A stretch of 64,000 bases of DNA from Candidatus Woesearchaeota archaeon (lineage in GTDB: Archaea > Nanobdellota > Nanobdellia > Woesearchaeales > GW2011-AR4), in the NCBI GenBank assembly GCA_016187495.1, contig JACPJP010000012.1, positions 17,031 through 81,030 on the forward strand, given 5' to 3'. The number at the start of each line of letters is the position of its first letter. Positions within the stretch are counted from its first letter, which is position 1. The position numbers and the translations under genes are program-made. The notes under the pieces are model-generated. The model was not told where the DNA came from and did no database searches. It saw nothing but the letters and a program-made list of their open reading frames with translations. Below are positions 46,524 through 56,838 of this stretch, piece after piece.

Positions 46524-47418
46524 AAAAAAGGCATACGAACCTTTATACGAGCATGAAGACCAAAAGATTTACCCTTCTCATTTTGTTAAGGCACTAAAAG
46601 ACGCAGGCATAAATGAGGGGGATACAGTTTTTGTGCATTCAAGAGTTTCCGCTTTTGGCAAGCTGCTTGCACTAGATAAACATTTTCTTATGCAGTCTTT
46701 AATAGGCTCAATTAAAGATGCTGTAGGAATAGATGGAACGATAATCATGCCCACTTTTTCCTACAGCTTCGACAAGAATGAGGCTTTTGATGCTGATAAG
46801 ACTCAATCCACGGTGGGTTCTTTGACGGAGTTTTTCAGAAAGCAAGATGACGTAGTTCGTACAAGGCATCCGAACCATTCAGTTGCCATATGGGGCGCAA
46901 ATAAATATGATTTATCAAATATAGGGGAAGATACATTTGACGAGAACTCCATTTTTGGAAAATTGCATAAGCTTAATAGCAAAATAATATTTTTTGGAGC
47001 ACCTTTTCAGTCATGCACCTTTATCCATTATATCGAGCAGATGCATCAGGTTCCGTATAGACATATGAAGAAGTTTAGTGGAAAGATTACAGTTAATGGC
47101 AATGAGCATGATGAAGAAATAACCTTCTACAACAAGTATAGCGTTTTTTTCAGCTCATTTTCAAGGCTTGAAAAGCATCTGCTAGAAAAAGGAATTATGA
47201 AAAATGCAAAAGTCGGCGCGGGCAATATCATGGCAGTAAAGTGCAAGGACTTGTTTGACGAAGGCTACAATCTTCTGGATAAGGACATTTTTTTCTTCTT
47301 GAAGAACAAGCCAATAATATTTGATCTGTTCAATAAACTTTCTTATCCGTTTTTGAGATATTTTCCTTTGCCTATTAAAATTCTAGATAAATTAGTCTCA
47401 AAATTCTTATTAAGATAG
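46498..47418 (+). CDS. AAC(3)-family N-acyltransferase-like protein (candidate aminosugar N-acyltransferase)
   Basis: 'GDTVFVHSRVSAFGKL…GTIIMPTFS' matches the aminoglycoside 3-N-acetyltransferase fold signature. Start chosen at ATG 46498; the longer ORF from 46444 overlaps maoC. Confidence 0.65.
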   Translation: MEQSKYYTEKKAYEPLYEHEDQKIYPSHFVKALKDAGINEGDTVFVHSRVSAFGKLLALDKHFLMQSLIGSIKDAVGIDGTIIMPTFSYSFDKNEAFDADKTQSTVGSLTEFFRKQDDVVRTRHPNHSVAIWGANKYDLSNIGEDTFDENSIFGKLHKLNSKIIFFGAPFQSCTFIHYIEQMHQVPYRHMKKFSGKITVNGNEHDEEITFYNKYSVFFSSFSRLEKHLLEKGIMKNAKVGAGNIMAVKCKDLFDEGYNLLDKDIFFFLKNKPIIFDLFNKLSYPFLRYFPLPIKILDKLVSKFLLR

Positions 47419-48585
47419 CTTGTCTGCTATTCCCCAATCATCTTCCAGCATTAAAGAATCTATAAAGAATTTTGCAGCCCAGTTCGGATAGCAGAAGGGA
47501 GCGTACCAGCCATATATCGGGAAAGCGCCCTTTATGCCACCCCTTATGCCTTTATTTAAGGATTTTATGTCTTGAGCAGATTTCATATATTGATTTGTTT
47601 TTTTTGCAGCATCAAAATAGGTTTTTTCTTTGGTAAGATAATATAACCTGAGCCATATTATCGAGGTTTGCGAGTTTCCGGTCAGGCAGCTCCACGATAC
47701 AGAACTTTTCCAGTCTTTGTCAAAGCTTCCTGGCAATGAACTATTTTTTCTTTGCTTTTTTAATAAGGTATCTGCAGCTCTTTTTGCAGCGTTAATATAT
47801 TTTTTATTTTTTAGATTTATACCTACTTCAAGAATTCCTTGCATTGAATATGCGATTGTATGCAGCAAAGGCTCTTGCTTTTCATGGAATGCATTATGCT
47901 TAAACCAGCCATTCTCCTGCTGCTTTAATGCCCATTCTATGTTTTTTATTGCAGCTTTTTTGTATTTGATGTTTTTTGTTATTTCATTCACTTTTAATAA
48001 TGCCCATGCAGTCCTTGTATTGTATGTGTGCACTTGGTTAAGGTAGGTAAATTTGTCCCAGCAGCCGTTCTTGTTTTGTATTTTTACAAGCCAGTTTGCG
48101 GCCTTAATTGAGGCATTTTTGTATTTTTCATTTTTTGTTTCCTGATATGCCCTAACCATTCCAAATATTACTTGGCCAGTGTTGAATACTATTGGCAGTT
48201 CTTTTCCATTTTTTTCTCCGCCTGGGAAAGCACCTTCTTCTAATTGCTTTGTAAGCTCCCAGTCTGCCATCCTAATTGCGCTTTCTTTGATTTTTTCGCC
48301 TTTAGCCTTATGATAATAATTGAACATAGTCGGGATTATGTAGCCGGTGGTTTCAGAATAAGATGAATGCCAGCCCTGATACAGTGAATACATTGCAGAA
48401 ACTCCACCATCATTGTTGGCTTTTTGGGCATTGAGTAGCCAATTAATAGCTGCCTTTATGTGCATCTCATTGCTGTAATCCTTATTTTTAAAATTTAGCG
48501 AGTCTTTTATTGCTTCTTTTAATAGGTAATAAGGAGAGCCTTTTGTTATTAATGATACAAAATACTTTAGATATTTTGATGCCAT
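47410..48585 (-). CDS. Trp-rich alpha/alpha-toroid repeat protein (prenyltransferase/terpene-cyclase-like or glycoside-hydrolase-like)
   Basis: 391 aa; periodic aromatic-rich repeats (…QNKNGCWDKF…, …QQENGWFKHN…) resembling (alpha/alpha)6 barrel repeats. Confidence 0.4.
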   Translation of the reverse strand: MASKYLKYFVSLITKGSPYYLLKEAIKDSLNFKNKDYSNEMHIKAAINWLLNAQKANNDGGVSAMYSLYQGWHSSYSETTGYIIPTMFNYYHKAKGEKIKESAIRMADWELTKQLEEGAFPGGEKNGKELPIVFNTGQVIFGMVRAYQETKNEKYKNASIKAANWLVKIQNKNGCWDKFTYLNQVHTYNTRTAWALLKVNEITKNIKYKKAAIKNIEWALKQQENGWFKHNAFHEKQEPLLHTIAYSMQGILEVGINLKNKKYINAAKRAADTLLKKQRKNSSLPGSFDKDWKSSVSWSCLTGNSQTSIIWLRLYYLTKEKTYFDAAKKTNQYMKSAQDIKSLNKGIRGGIKGAFPIYGWYAPFCYPNWAAKFFIDSLMLEDDWGIADKLS

Positions 48586-48586
48586 G

Positions 48587-49447
48587 CTAATTACCTTTCT
48601 TTTTGGCTAAAACTATAATCCTTTCACCTTTTTCTCCCGAAAACGGTTTATAGTTATTCATGCCGAAAAGCATGAGGAAAAACATCATAAGGTAACTTTT
48701 ATGAATCTCGGAATAAGAGCCTAATTTCAATATATTGTAGCCGCTTCTTTCGAACAATTTTCGCATCGAATCTAATGTAAAACTATAAATATGGGGGTGA
48801 TAATTCAAAGAATTATGTAAAATTTTCTTATTCTCGCAGTTAGGAACTTCCAGAAATATTATACCGCCTCTGTTCAAGTTATTTTTTATTTTTTTTAGAA
48901 ATAAGTCTGGCCTTATAAGATGCTCAAAGACGTGGCACAGGTAGATCACACCGAATTTTTCCGTTATCTTTACCTTTTCAACCAAACCGTTAATGCACAC
49001 TTCTTTTTTGAATAATTTGTTGACAATTTTTGTGTTGTTCTTGTCTGGCTCGATGCCTCTAACATCAAACCCCATTTTCGAGAAAAACAGCATGAAATCT
49101 CCCTTTGCGCATCCTATATCCAGCAACTTTTCCGATTTTGATGGAGAGGCACATTTCTTTATCACATTATAGTGCCACACCTGCTGCAACGGCTCTGTTT
49201 TAACCTTTCTTAAGATTTTTATTATTATGTTCAGGAACTTTCTTTTCTCATCCCACCTTCTCCTTATTGTGTTCCAATAGGTTTTTTTATAATACTCATC
49301 GCATTTTCTTTCCATTCCTTTATCATCGGAGTAGAAGAAGCATAATCCGCATTTATTGCACCTGTAAACTGGGCACTCAAGGAAAGATTTTTTCTGATAT
49401 ATCCTTATATTCTTATCTGAGCCGCATGAAATGCAGGTTTTTGCCAT
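48587..49447 (-). CDS. class I SAM-dependent methyltransferase with N-terminal Zn ribbon
   Basis: 'CISCG…CNKCG' ribbon; 'LLDIGCAKGDFM' motif I. Confidence 0.75.
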   Translation of the reverse strand: MAKTCISCGSDKNIRIYQKKSFLECPVYRCNKCGLCFFYSDDKGMERKCDEYYKKTYWNTIRRRWDEKRKFLNIIIKILRKVKTEPLQQVWHYNVIKKCASPSKSEKLLDIGCAKGDFMLFFSKMGFDVRGIEPDKNNTKIVNKLFKKEVCINGLVEKVKITEKFGVIYLCHVFEHLIRPDLFLKKIKNNLNRGGIIFLEVPNCENKKILHNSLNYHPHIYSFTLDSMRKLFERSGYNILKLGSYSEIHKSYLMMFFLMLFGMNNYKPFSGEKGERIIVLAKKKGN

Positions 49448-49486
49448 TTCCAGAAGTACTGAAATTATTTTTATAAATCTTTGTGT

Positions 49487-50758
49487 TTAATGTCTTCCTA
49501 CGCCATGGTATAAAATTCCCATGTTTTTTATCTTTTCCTTATCCAGGCGATTCCTTCCATCTATCACAATCTTAATATCGTTTTCTTTTAATTTACTTAG
49601 GTCCATATTTCTGAATTCATTATGGTCTGTTGCAAGAATTAGATAATCAGATTTTTCCAAAAGCTCATTCAAATCCTTAACATTTGATTGTTTTTTAACA
49701 TAAGGATCAAAAACAAAGATGTCAGCTTTCATGCTTTTAAGTATGTCAATTATCTTTAATGCGGGACTTTCCCTTACATCATCGACATTTGCTTTGTATG
49801 CCAATCCAAGCACCCCAACTTTCGCATTTTCAATCTTTTTATTGATTTTTTTCAATTCCTGCTCAAGAAGCTCTATTGTATATGATGGCATGCTTTCATT
49901 TATTTCCCTGGCCAATGACAGGAATCTATGATTAAAACCCAATTGTTTTGCTTTAGATATAAGGTAATAAGGATCTACGGCGATGCAGTGCCCACCCACC
50001 CCAGCACCAGGATAATGAGGCATAAAAGAAAATGGCTTTGTGGATGCTGCCTTAATCACTTCAGTTATATCTATCCCAGCCTTGTCAAAGCTCTTTGCCA
50101 TCTCATTTACAAACGCTATGTTTATGTCCCTAAATGTGTTTTCCATTATTTTAGTGGCTTCCGCAGCTTTAACTGAGCCAAGCTCTGTTATTTCAGCATC
50201 AATAATATCCCTATAGAATTCTGCTGCCTTTTTTGTTGATTCCTTGTCTATGCCTGCGACAACCCTAGGAATGTTTTTTATTGTAAATTTTTTATTTCCC
50301 GGGTCTATCCTTTCTGGGCAGTGGGCAAGATAGAAACTTACATTTGATTTTTTCAGTATCGGAACGACGATTTCTTCTACTGTTCCGGGAAATATTGTTG
50401 ACTCTACGACTACAATCGCGTCCTTTTGAAGACCTTTTGAAATGCCCTCGCATGCACTTTTCAGGGCACTCAGCTCAGGCATGTGATTTTTGTCTACTGG
50501 CGTAGGGACGCACACTATTATGGCTGAAGATTTTTTTGCGGCGTCTGCTATGCTATTTGTGAGATTTATCTTCCCCTTTATATTACTGATTTCCTTATTT
50601 AGATAGGGGTCATCAATCGGGCTTATGCCCTTACCTATTAATTCCAGCTTTTTGCCATCTGCATCTGCCCCATAAACATCCATGCCTTTTTCTATGCACA
50701 AGCAGGCTACTGGCAGGCCCACATACCCCAGACCTATAACTGCAACAGTTCTTTTCAT
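49487..50758 (-). CDS. nucleotide-sugar dehydrogenase (UDP-N-acetyl-D-mannosamine dehydrogenase WecC-like)
   Basis: 'VAVIGLGYVGLPVA', 'GGHCIAVDPYY'; partner WecB at 42552. Confidence 0.85.
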   Translation of the reverse strand: MKRTVAVIGLGYVGLPVACLCIEKGMDVYGADADGKKLELIGKGISPIDDPYLNKEISNIKGKINLTNSIADAAKKSSAIIVCVPTPVDKNHMPELSALKSACEGISKGLQKDAIVVVESTIFPGTVEEIVVPILKKSNVSFYLAHCPERIDPGNKKFTIKNIPRVVAGIDKESTKKAAEFYRDIIDAEITELGSVKAAEATKIMENTFRDINIAFVNEMAKSFDKAGIDITEVIKAASTKPFSFMPHYPGAGVGGHCIAVDPYYLISKAKQLGFNHRFLSLAREINESMPSYTIELLEQELKKINKKIENAKVGVLGLAYKANVDDVRESPALKIIDILKSMKADIFVFDPYVKKQSNVKDLNELLEKSDYLILATDHNEFRNMDLSKLKENDIKIVIDGRNRLDKEKIKNMGILYHGVGRH

Positions 50759-50889
50759 ACCATGCTAAAAGATTATACCTCTGATTAAAAGCCTTTCGCC
50801 TCTATTTATAAAATCAGTAAACTTTTTAAACCTGCTAGCATGAGCTATGATGATAAAAACCAGATAAAAAGTAGGTTTAGGGGCGGATA

Positions 50890-52083
50890 ATGGGGAATAA
50901 TACAAATTATGAATTTGATGTGGCTATAGTTGGCGGACTGGGTCATGTCGGACTACCTTTGGGAGTAGTTTTTGCAAATAAAGGGCTTAAAGTCTGTTTA
51001 TGCGATATTGATAAGAAAACAGCAGATATTGTCAAAAAAGGCAAAATGCCTTTTATTGAGTATGGTGCTGAGCCTATACTGAAGAAAGTTTTGCAAAACG
51101 GCAATTTAACAATTTCGCTTGATGACCATTTTATTTCAAAAGCAAAAAATGTCATTGTGGCTATAGGGACGCCTGTTGATGAGTATTTAAACCCAAAGAC
51201 AAGGCAATTTCTTGAGTTCTTTGGAGGCATCAAGAAAAATTTGCGTAAGGACCAGCTTATTGTAATAAGAAGCACAGTTTATCCGCATACATGCAAACAG
51301 GTGCTTAATTTGCTGGGAGAAGGATGGAAAGTTGCTTATTGTCCTGAGCGCATTGTACAGGGTTATGCAATAAAGGAATTAAAAGAGCTGCCACAGATTG
51401 CGGCGGGCTTAAGCGACAAAGCGGTTGAGGAAGCTTCTGAACTGTTTAGCAAAATAGCACCAAACATAATAAAGACAGCAATGGGAGAAGCAGAGCTTGT
51501 AAAGCTTTTTTCCAATGCGTGGCGATACATACAGTTTGCTGTAGCAAACCAGTTCTACATGATAGCCAATAATTTTGATGTTGATTACGAAAAGGTAAGG
51601 CATGTCATGAGAGAAGGCTACGAGAGAGCACATTCATTGCCCAGCGCAGGCTTTGCAGCTGGTCCGTGCCTGCTTAAGGATACTATGCAGCTAAGCGCTT
51701 TCAACAGCAACAATTTTCTTCTAGGTCATGCTGCAATGATGATTAATGAAGGATTACCAAATTTTATTGTGGATCGCTTAAGGAAGAAATACGATTTAGG
51801 AAAGACAAAAGTAGGAATTTTGGGCATGGCTTTTAAGGCAGATATAGATGATGTCCGAGACTCTTTATCATTCAAACTTGGGAAAATACTCAGGTTTCAT
51901 GGAGCTGGGGTTTATTACTCAGATGAGTATTCAAAAAACCCGAATTTTGTCTCAAAGGAGGAATTAATCAGGCAAAGTGAGGTCATTATTGTTGCTGTAC
52001 CGCATTCTGCATATAAGGGCATGAAAATTCCCAATAACAAGGAAGTTGTTGACCTTTGGAATGTAACCAAGAAAAAAAAATAA
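50890..52083 (+). CDS. nucleotide-sugar dehydrogenase (third paralog in window)
   Basis: 'VAIVGGLGHVGLPLG', catalytic 'AAGPCLLKD'. Confidence 0.83.
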   Translation: MGNNTNYEFDVAIVGGLGHVGLPLGVVFANKGLKVCLCDIDKKTADIVKKGKMPFIEYGAEPILKKVLQNGNLTISLDDHFISKAKNVIVAIGTPVDEYLNPKTRQFLEFFGGIKKNLRKDQLIVIRSTVYPHTCKQVLNLLGEGWKVAYCPERIVQGYAIKELKELPQIAAGLSDKAVEEASELFSKIAPNIIKTAMGEAELVKLFSNAWRYIQFAVANQFYMIANNFDVDYEKVRHVMREGYERAHSLPSAGFAAGPCLLKDTMQLSAFNSNNFLLGHAAMMINEGLPNFIVDRLRKKYDLGKTKVGILGMAFKADIDDVRDSLSFKLGKILRFHGAGVYYSDEYSKNPNFVSKEELIRQSEVIIVAVPHSAYKGMKIPNNKEVVDLWNVTKKKK

Positions 52084-52104
52084 TTTTATCTTTATCTTGC
52101 TCAT

Positions 52105-52872
52105 ATGAAATACAAAAACATACTTTTGACCGGAGCATCCGGTAAACTAGGGAAAGCAATAGCAACTTTCCATATTTTTCCTTCTCTCTTGACTCCATCA
52201 AGGGAAATACTTGATATAACTCAACAGGATACAATCAAGAAGTTCTTTGATAATAACAATTTTGATGCAGTTGTTCATTGCGCGGCCCTGGCGAGGATGA
52301 GGGAATGTGAGGAAAACCCTACAAAAGCGATAGAGACAAATATTATTGGGACGAGTAATCTAGTTAATGCAGTTATTAGCAAGGAAAGGAAATCAGGAAA
52401 AAAAATAAGGTTTGTACATATATCCACGGATGGCGTTTACCCGGGAATAAAAGGGAATTACTCTGAAAAAGATGAAACCGTGCCTTACAACACCTACGGC
52501 TGGACAAAGCTCGGCGCTGAATGTGCTGCGAATTCGCTTTCAAATTTTTGCATAATAAGGACGAGCTTTTTTGATCCTGAGAACATAAAGTTTGATGATG
52601 CATCTACTGATGCTTATTCTTCTAAAGCTCCAATTAGTTATGTTGTCAAAGCGATCTTAACATTACTAAATAGCAGTTTTATAGGCACAATAAATGTCGG
52701 AAGGGAAAGAAGGACTGATTATGAGCACTACAAGGAATTTAAGCCTAAAATTAAGAAATGCAAGCTATTAGATATAAAAAAAACAATATCATTTAGGATG
52801 TACAAAGACGCTTCAATGGATATAAGCCTGTGGAAGAAAATAGAAAAGAAAAATGAAACAAACAAAAAATAA
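52105..52872 (+). CDS. short NAD(P)-dependent sugar reductase/epimerase (RmlD-like)
   Basis: 'ILLTGASGKLGKAI'; YxxxK (YGWTKLGAE). Confidence 0.7.
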   Translation: MKYKNILLTGASGKLGKAIATFHIFPSLLTPSREILDITQQDTIKKFFDNNNFDAVVHCAALARMRECEENPTKAIETNIIGTSNLVNAVISKERKSGKKIRFVHISTDGVYPGIKGNYSEKDETVPYNTYGWTKLGAECAANSLSNFCIIRTSFFDPENIKFDDASTDAYSSKAPISYVVKAILTLLNSSFIGTINVGRERRTDYEHYKEFKPKIKKCKLLDIKKTISFRMYKDASMDISLWKKIEKKNETNKK

Positions 52873-53632
52873 AATAAAGTTATCTGTCATAGTCCCTGTG
52901 CTTAATGAGGGCACTAATCTTAGGATGCTCTTACCCATACTAAATGGGGTGATCCATGTCGCGCATGAAGTTCTTATTGTTCACGACATTCCAAATGATG
53001 ATAGCATTCCTGTAGTAAAGACTATGCAGAGGGACTACCCAAGGCTAAGATTAGTTCATAACCGATTAGGGAGAGGCGTTATAAACGCCATTAAGTCTGG
53101 TGCAAATAATGCCATGGGCGATTACGCCCTCATAATAGCAGCAGACGACTTCGGCTCCATATTTGCCATAAACGATATGGTCTCTTTAATGGATGACGGT
53201 TGCGATTTAGTTAATGGAACAAGGTATGCTTATGGAGGTAAGAATATAACTGGTTCTTTGACCAGTAAACTTCTTTCTATAATTGCAAATAAATTATTCT
53301 ACACATTATCCGGGTCGGCATTAACAGACCCTACCCTCGGCGTTAAGATATTCAAGCATTCGAAATTTAATGAGATAAATCTTGAGTCAAAGCCGGTTGG
53401 GTGGGCAGTATCCTTCGAATTTGCTATCAAGGCCCAACTTGCTGGATGGAAGCTTGGTGAAGTACCGTTAATCTCTTTAAATAGGATTTACGGGGGGAAA
53501 TCCAGCTTTAAGCTAGGATCATGGTTAGCAGAGTACACAAAATGGTTTTTGTGGGGTTTGACAAGACTCCCCCACCTAAAAATGAAAAAGAAAGTGTCAC
53601 TTAGGATACCATTCAACATAAAACAAAAATAA
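52853..53632 (+). CDS. family-2 glycosyltransferase (dolichyl-phosphate sugar synthase-like)
   Basis: 'LSVIVPVLNEGTNL', 'AADDFG' DxD. Confidence 0.8.
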   Translation: MKQTKNKIKLSVIVPVLNEGTNLRMLLPILNGVIHVAHEVLIVHDIPNDDSIPVVKTMQRDYPRLRLVHNRLGRGVINAIKSGANNAMGDYALIIAADDFGSIFAINDMVSLMDDGCDLVNGTRYAYGGKNITGSLTSKLLSIIANKLFYTLSGSALTDPTLGVKIFKHSKFNEINLESKPVGWAVSFEFAIKAQLAGWKLGEVPLISLNRIYGGKSSFKLGSWLAEYTKWFLWGLTRLPHLKMKKKVSLRIPFNIKQK

Positions 53633-53659
53633 GATGAAAATAACATAATTAACCAACAA

Positions 53660-54397
53660 TTATTTTTCCCCTTTTGATATAAGAAATGACCCGTAGTATC
53701 TTGCAAAAGGAGTTTTGTCTATTGCCCATTCAATGATATTATAAGCAGGCAAAAAAAGTTTCCCTATATTGCTTTTGACATATTTAAACCCTACATCCGA
53801 AATGCCGCGTACAATCACATCATGAAACCCAGCTTTTATTAATACCTTGTGAATCTCCTCTACAGTCAACAATCTTTCATTCTTGGTTTTGCCCTTTGTA
53901 GAATGTATTGGGGACTTTCTATCCCGGTACATCCACATTATAGGGTTCTTTTTATTTGGATCATAGGCAAAGACCCTTCCACCCTTCCTTAAAACCCTAT
54001 ATGCTTCTTTAACAGTAACTGAAAAATCCTGAAAATGATGTAAAACACCGGAGAAAACGACTATATCTACGCTATTGCTTCTTAAGCCGGTTTTTTCAAT
54101 ATCCCTTATCCCGAATTTTATACCTTTATACTTTTTTCTTGCATACTCTATACATCCTTTAGATATATCGATACCCCTTATTTTAAGCCTGAACCTCCTG
54201 AGCTTACTGGTAAAAGCTCCCGTGCCACAACCAAAATCAATTGCAATCTCCCCTGGCATGGGATTAACAAGCGTTTGAAACTCATGTAATATCCTATTGT
54301 AACCCCTCTTAGCGAATACGTCATAGCCATCGCTTTCAAAGCTGTCAAAAAAACTTATTTCCTCCCGTTTATCCTGCATTTTATAGATGGCCAACAA
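53660..54397 (-). CDS. class I SAM-dependent methyltransferase
   Basis: 'AIDFGCGTGAFTS' motif I, 'VFSGVLHH' motif. Confidence 0.8.
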   Translation of the reverse strand: MLAIYKMQDKREEISFFDSFESDGYDVFAKRGYNRILHEFQTLVNPMPGEIAIDFGCGTGAFTSKLRRFRLKIRGIDISKGCIEYARKKYKGIKFGIRDIEKTGLRSNSVDIVVFSGVLHHFQDFSVTVKEAYRVLRKGGRVFAYDPNKKNPIMWMYRDRKSPIHSTKGKTKNERLLTVEEIHKVLIKAGFHDVIVRGISDVGFKYVKSNIGKLFLPAYNIIEWAIDKTPFARYYGSFLISKGEK

Positions 54398-54506
54398 AGG
54401 GATAATATTTAAATATTGTGTCAGATTCTATCGAAAGCATGGACGTTTTAAGTTGGGGTAAAGTACATTCTTTATTGTATTTTATAGGTTATTATTATAA
54501 TAAAAA

Positions 54507-55496
54507 ATGAAAAATAAAAAATATTTGATTACTGGCGGAACAGGATTCATAGGCTCTGCACTGGTAAAGCGATTGGTTAAAGATGGATATGCCATTAGGG
54601 TTTTGGACAATGATATTAGGGGAGCTAAAGATCGCTTGAAAGATGTTTATGATAAAATCGAATTTATAGGGGCAGATATAAGAGATGCCAATGCAGTAAG
54701 AAAGGCATGTGCTGGCATGGATAGTGTAACACATCTTGCTTATATAAACGGTACGGAGTATTTCTATAAAATGCCAGAGCTGGTATTGGAAGTCGGTGTT
54801 AAGGGAATTATGAATGTTATAGATGGCTGCATCAAGGAGAATGTAAAAGAGCTGATATTGGCATCAAGCTCAGAAGTTTATCAGACAGCCGAAAAAATAC
54901 CAACTGATGAAACTGCTTCCTTGGCAATTCCAGATCCTGTAAATCCAAGATATTCCTACGGCGCTGGAAAGATAATAAGTGAGCTATTGGCCTTAAATTA
55001 TGGCAGGAAACATTTTAACCGCGTGCTTATATTCAGGCCGCATAATATTTACGGTCCTGATATGGGGTGGGAGCATGTAGTACCTCAGTTTGTTTTAAGA
55101 ATGAAAGAACTGAGCAAAAGCAAGGACAGAAATATAAAATTCCCGATACAAGGCACTGGAAAGCAGACGAGGGCTTTTTGCTTTATCGATGATTTTATCA
55201 ATGGATTGATGCTTGTGCTGGAAAGAGGAGAGCATATGAACATTTATAACATAGGAACAATGGAGGAAATGTCTATAGAAAAGGTTGCTGAAGAAGTAGG
55301 AAAATATTTTGGCAAAAAAGTTGAGATAGCTCCAGAAAAGCCTGCAGAAGGAAGCACATTGAGGAGATGCCCAGACATAGCAAAATTAGAAAAGCTCGGC
55401 TACAAGCCAAAAATCTCGTTTAAAGAAGGTTTGAGGGTTACAGCAGAATGGTATGATAAAAATTCAGATAAAATCAAAAAAATAAAGGTAAAATAA
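54507..55496 (+). CDS. NAD-dependent nucleotide-sugar epimerase/dehydratase
   Basis: 'YLITGGTGFIGSAL', 'YGAGKIISE' YxxxK. Confidence 0.85.
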   Translation: MKNKKYLITGGTGFIGSALVKRLVKDGYAIRVLDNDIRGAKDRLKDVYDKIEFIGADIRDANAVRKACAGMDSVTHLAYINGTEYFYKMPELVLEVGVKGIMNVIDGCIKENVKELILASSSEVYQTAEKIPTDETASLAIPDPVNPRYSYGAGKIISELLALNYGRKHFNRVLIFRPHNIYGPDMGWEHVVPQFVLRMKELSKSKDRNIKFPIQGTGKQTRAFCFIDDFINGLMLVLERGEHMNIYNIGTMEEMSIEKVAEEVGKYFGKKVEIAPEKPAEGSTLRRCPDIAKLEKLGYKPKISFKEGLRVTAEWYDKNSDKIKKIKVK

Positions 55497-55566
55497 ACAG
55501 AACAATGAAAGAAACAATAAAAATCTCTGATTTTCATGAAATCCCTAACATCAATTATATTTTAAA

Positions 55567-56799
55567 ATGAAAACAAGCAAAGTTGTGGAAAAATGTCAAA
55601 TATGCGGCAATGAAAAGCTGGAGCCAATACTATTTCTAGGGTATCTCCCCCCAGTAAACCAAATGCATAAGGTGGGGGAGAAACCGCATGAGCAACCCAG
55701 CTATCCTGCGCAATTGCTATATTGCGAAAAATGCCATCTCGTCCAATTGGGGTTAATTGTAAATCCAAAGATATTATTTCCTCCAGAATACCCGTACACG
55801 AGCAGCACGACAAAAATATTGAGGGAGAATTTCGCAGAGCTTTATAAGGAATGCAAAACTATCATTAATTTGGGCAAAGACGACTTGGTCATTGATATTG
55901 GCAGTAATGACGGCAATTTGTTGAGCAATTATAAGGATAACCATAAAGTGCTTGGCATTACGCCAGAAGAGATAGGAAAAATAGCTATAGAAAGAGGCAT
56001 ACAGACAATAATTGATTATTTCAGCAAAGATGTTGTTGAAAAAGTGAAAAAAGAGCATGGAAAGGCTAAAATTATTACAGCTACAAATGTTTTTGCCCAC
56101 ATAGATAATATAAATGAAATCACAAAATTAATTTTGGAATTATTGGAAAATGACGGGGTTTTTATTTCAGAATCGCATTATTTATTGAAACTTATAGAGA
56201 CATTGCAGTATGATACAATATACCATGAGCATTTGAGATATTATTCTTTACATAGCCTTAAGTACTTGCTAGAAATGCATGGCTTTGAGATAATACATGC
56301 AAAAGAAATTCCAACTCATGGGGGCTCAATAAGGGTTTATGCTGCCAGGAAAGGCAAGTATAAAGTAAAGGATACTGTCGGGAAACAGCTTGATAGGGAA
56401 AAAAATACTGTCTTGAGCAAGGAAAAGCTTTTGGAATTTAAGAACGGGGTTGTTATTTCAAAATTGGAGCTGTATTCCTTAATGAAAGATATTATAAAGC
56501 AAAACAAAAAAATTTATGGCATAGGAGCGCCGTCAAGAGCAAGCACATTGATTAATTATGCTGGCATTGATGAAGGCATAATGAATTATGTTATGGAAGC
56601 CAAGGGATCGCATAAGATTGGGAGATATATGCCGGGCACATTGATTCCTATTGTTGATGAGTCAAGATTGTATGAGGACCAGCCGGATTACGCATTATTG
56701 CTGTCATGGCATATTGCAGAAGAGCTCGCGCCTAAGATTAGGGAAAAAGGATTTAAAGGGGATTTTATCGTGCCTTTGCCAAAGCCACGCATATTATGA
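55567..56799 (+). CDS. NDP-hexose C-methyltransferase (TylCIII-like: Zn ribbon + Methyltransf_13/14)
   Basis: 'CQICGNEKL…CEKCHLVQL' ribbon, SAM motif 'VIDIGSNDGNLL', conserved C-terminal C-methyltransferase domain. Confidence 0.78.
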   Translation: MKTSKVVEKCQICGNEKLEPILFLGYLPPVNQMHKVGEKPHEQPSYPAQLLYCEKCHLVQLGLIVNPKILFPPEYPYTSSTTKILRENFAELYKECKTIINLGKDDLVIDIGSNDGNLLSNYKDNHKVLGITPEEIGKIAIERGIQTIIDYFSKDVVEKVKKEHGKAKIITATNVFAHIDNINEITKLILELLENDGVFISESHYLLKLIETLQYDTIYHEHLRYYSLHSLKYLLEMHGFEIIHAKEIPTHGGSIRVYAARKGKYKVKDTVGKQLDREKNTVLSKEKLLEFKNGVVISKLELYSLMKDIIKQNKKIYGIGAPSRASTLINYAGIDEGIMNYVMEAKGSHKIGRYMPGTLIPIVDESRLYEDQPDYALLLSWHIAEELAPKIREKGFKGDFIVPLPKPRIL

Positions 56800-56838
56800 T
56801 ATTATAATATCCTAATATACATGTAAGAATAAATTAAA

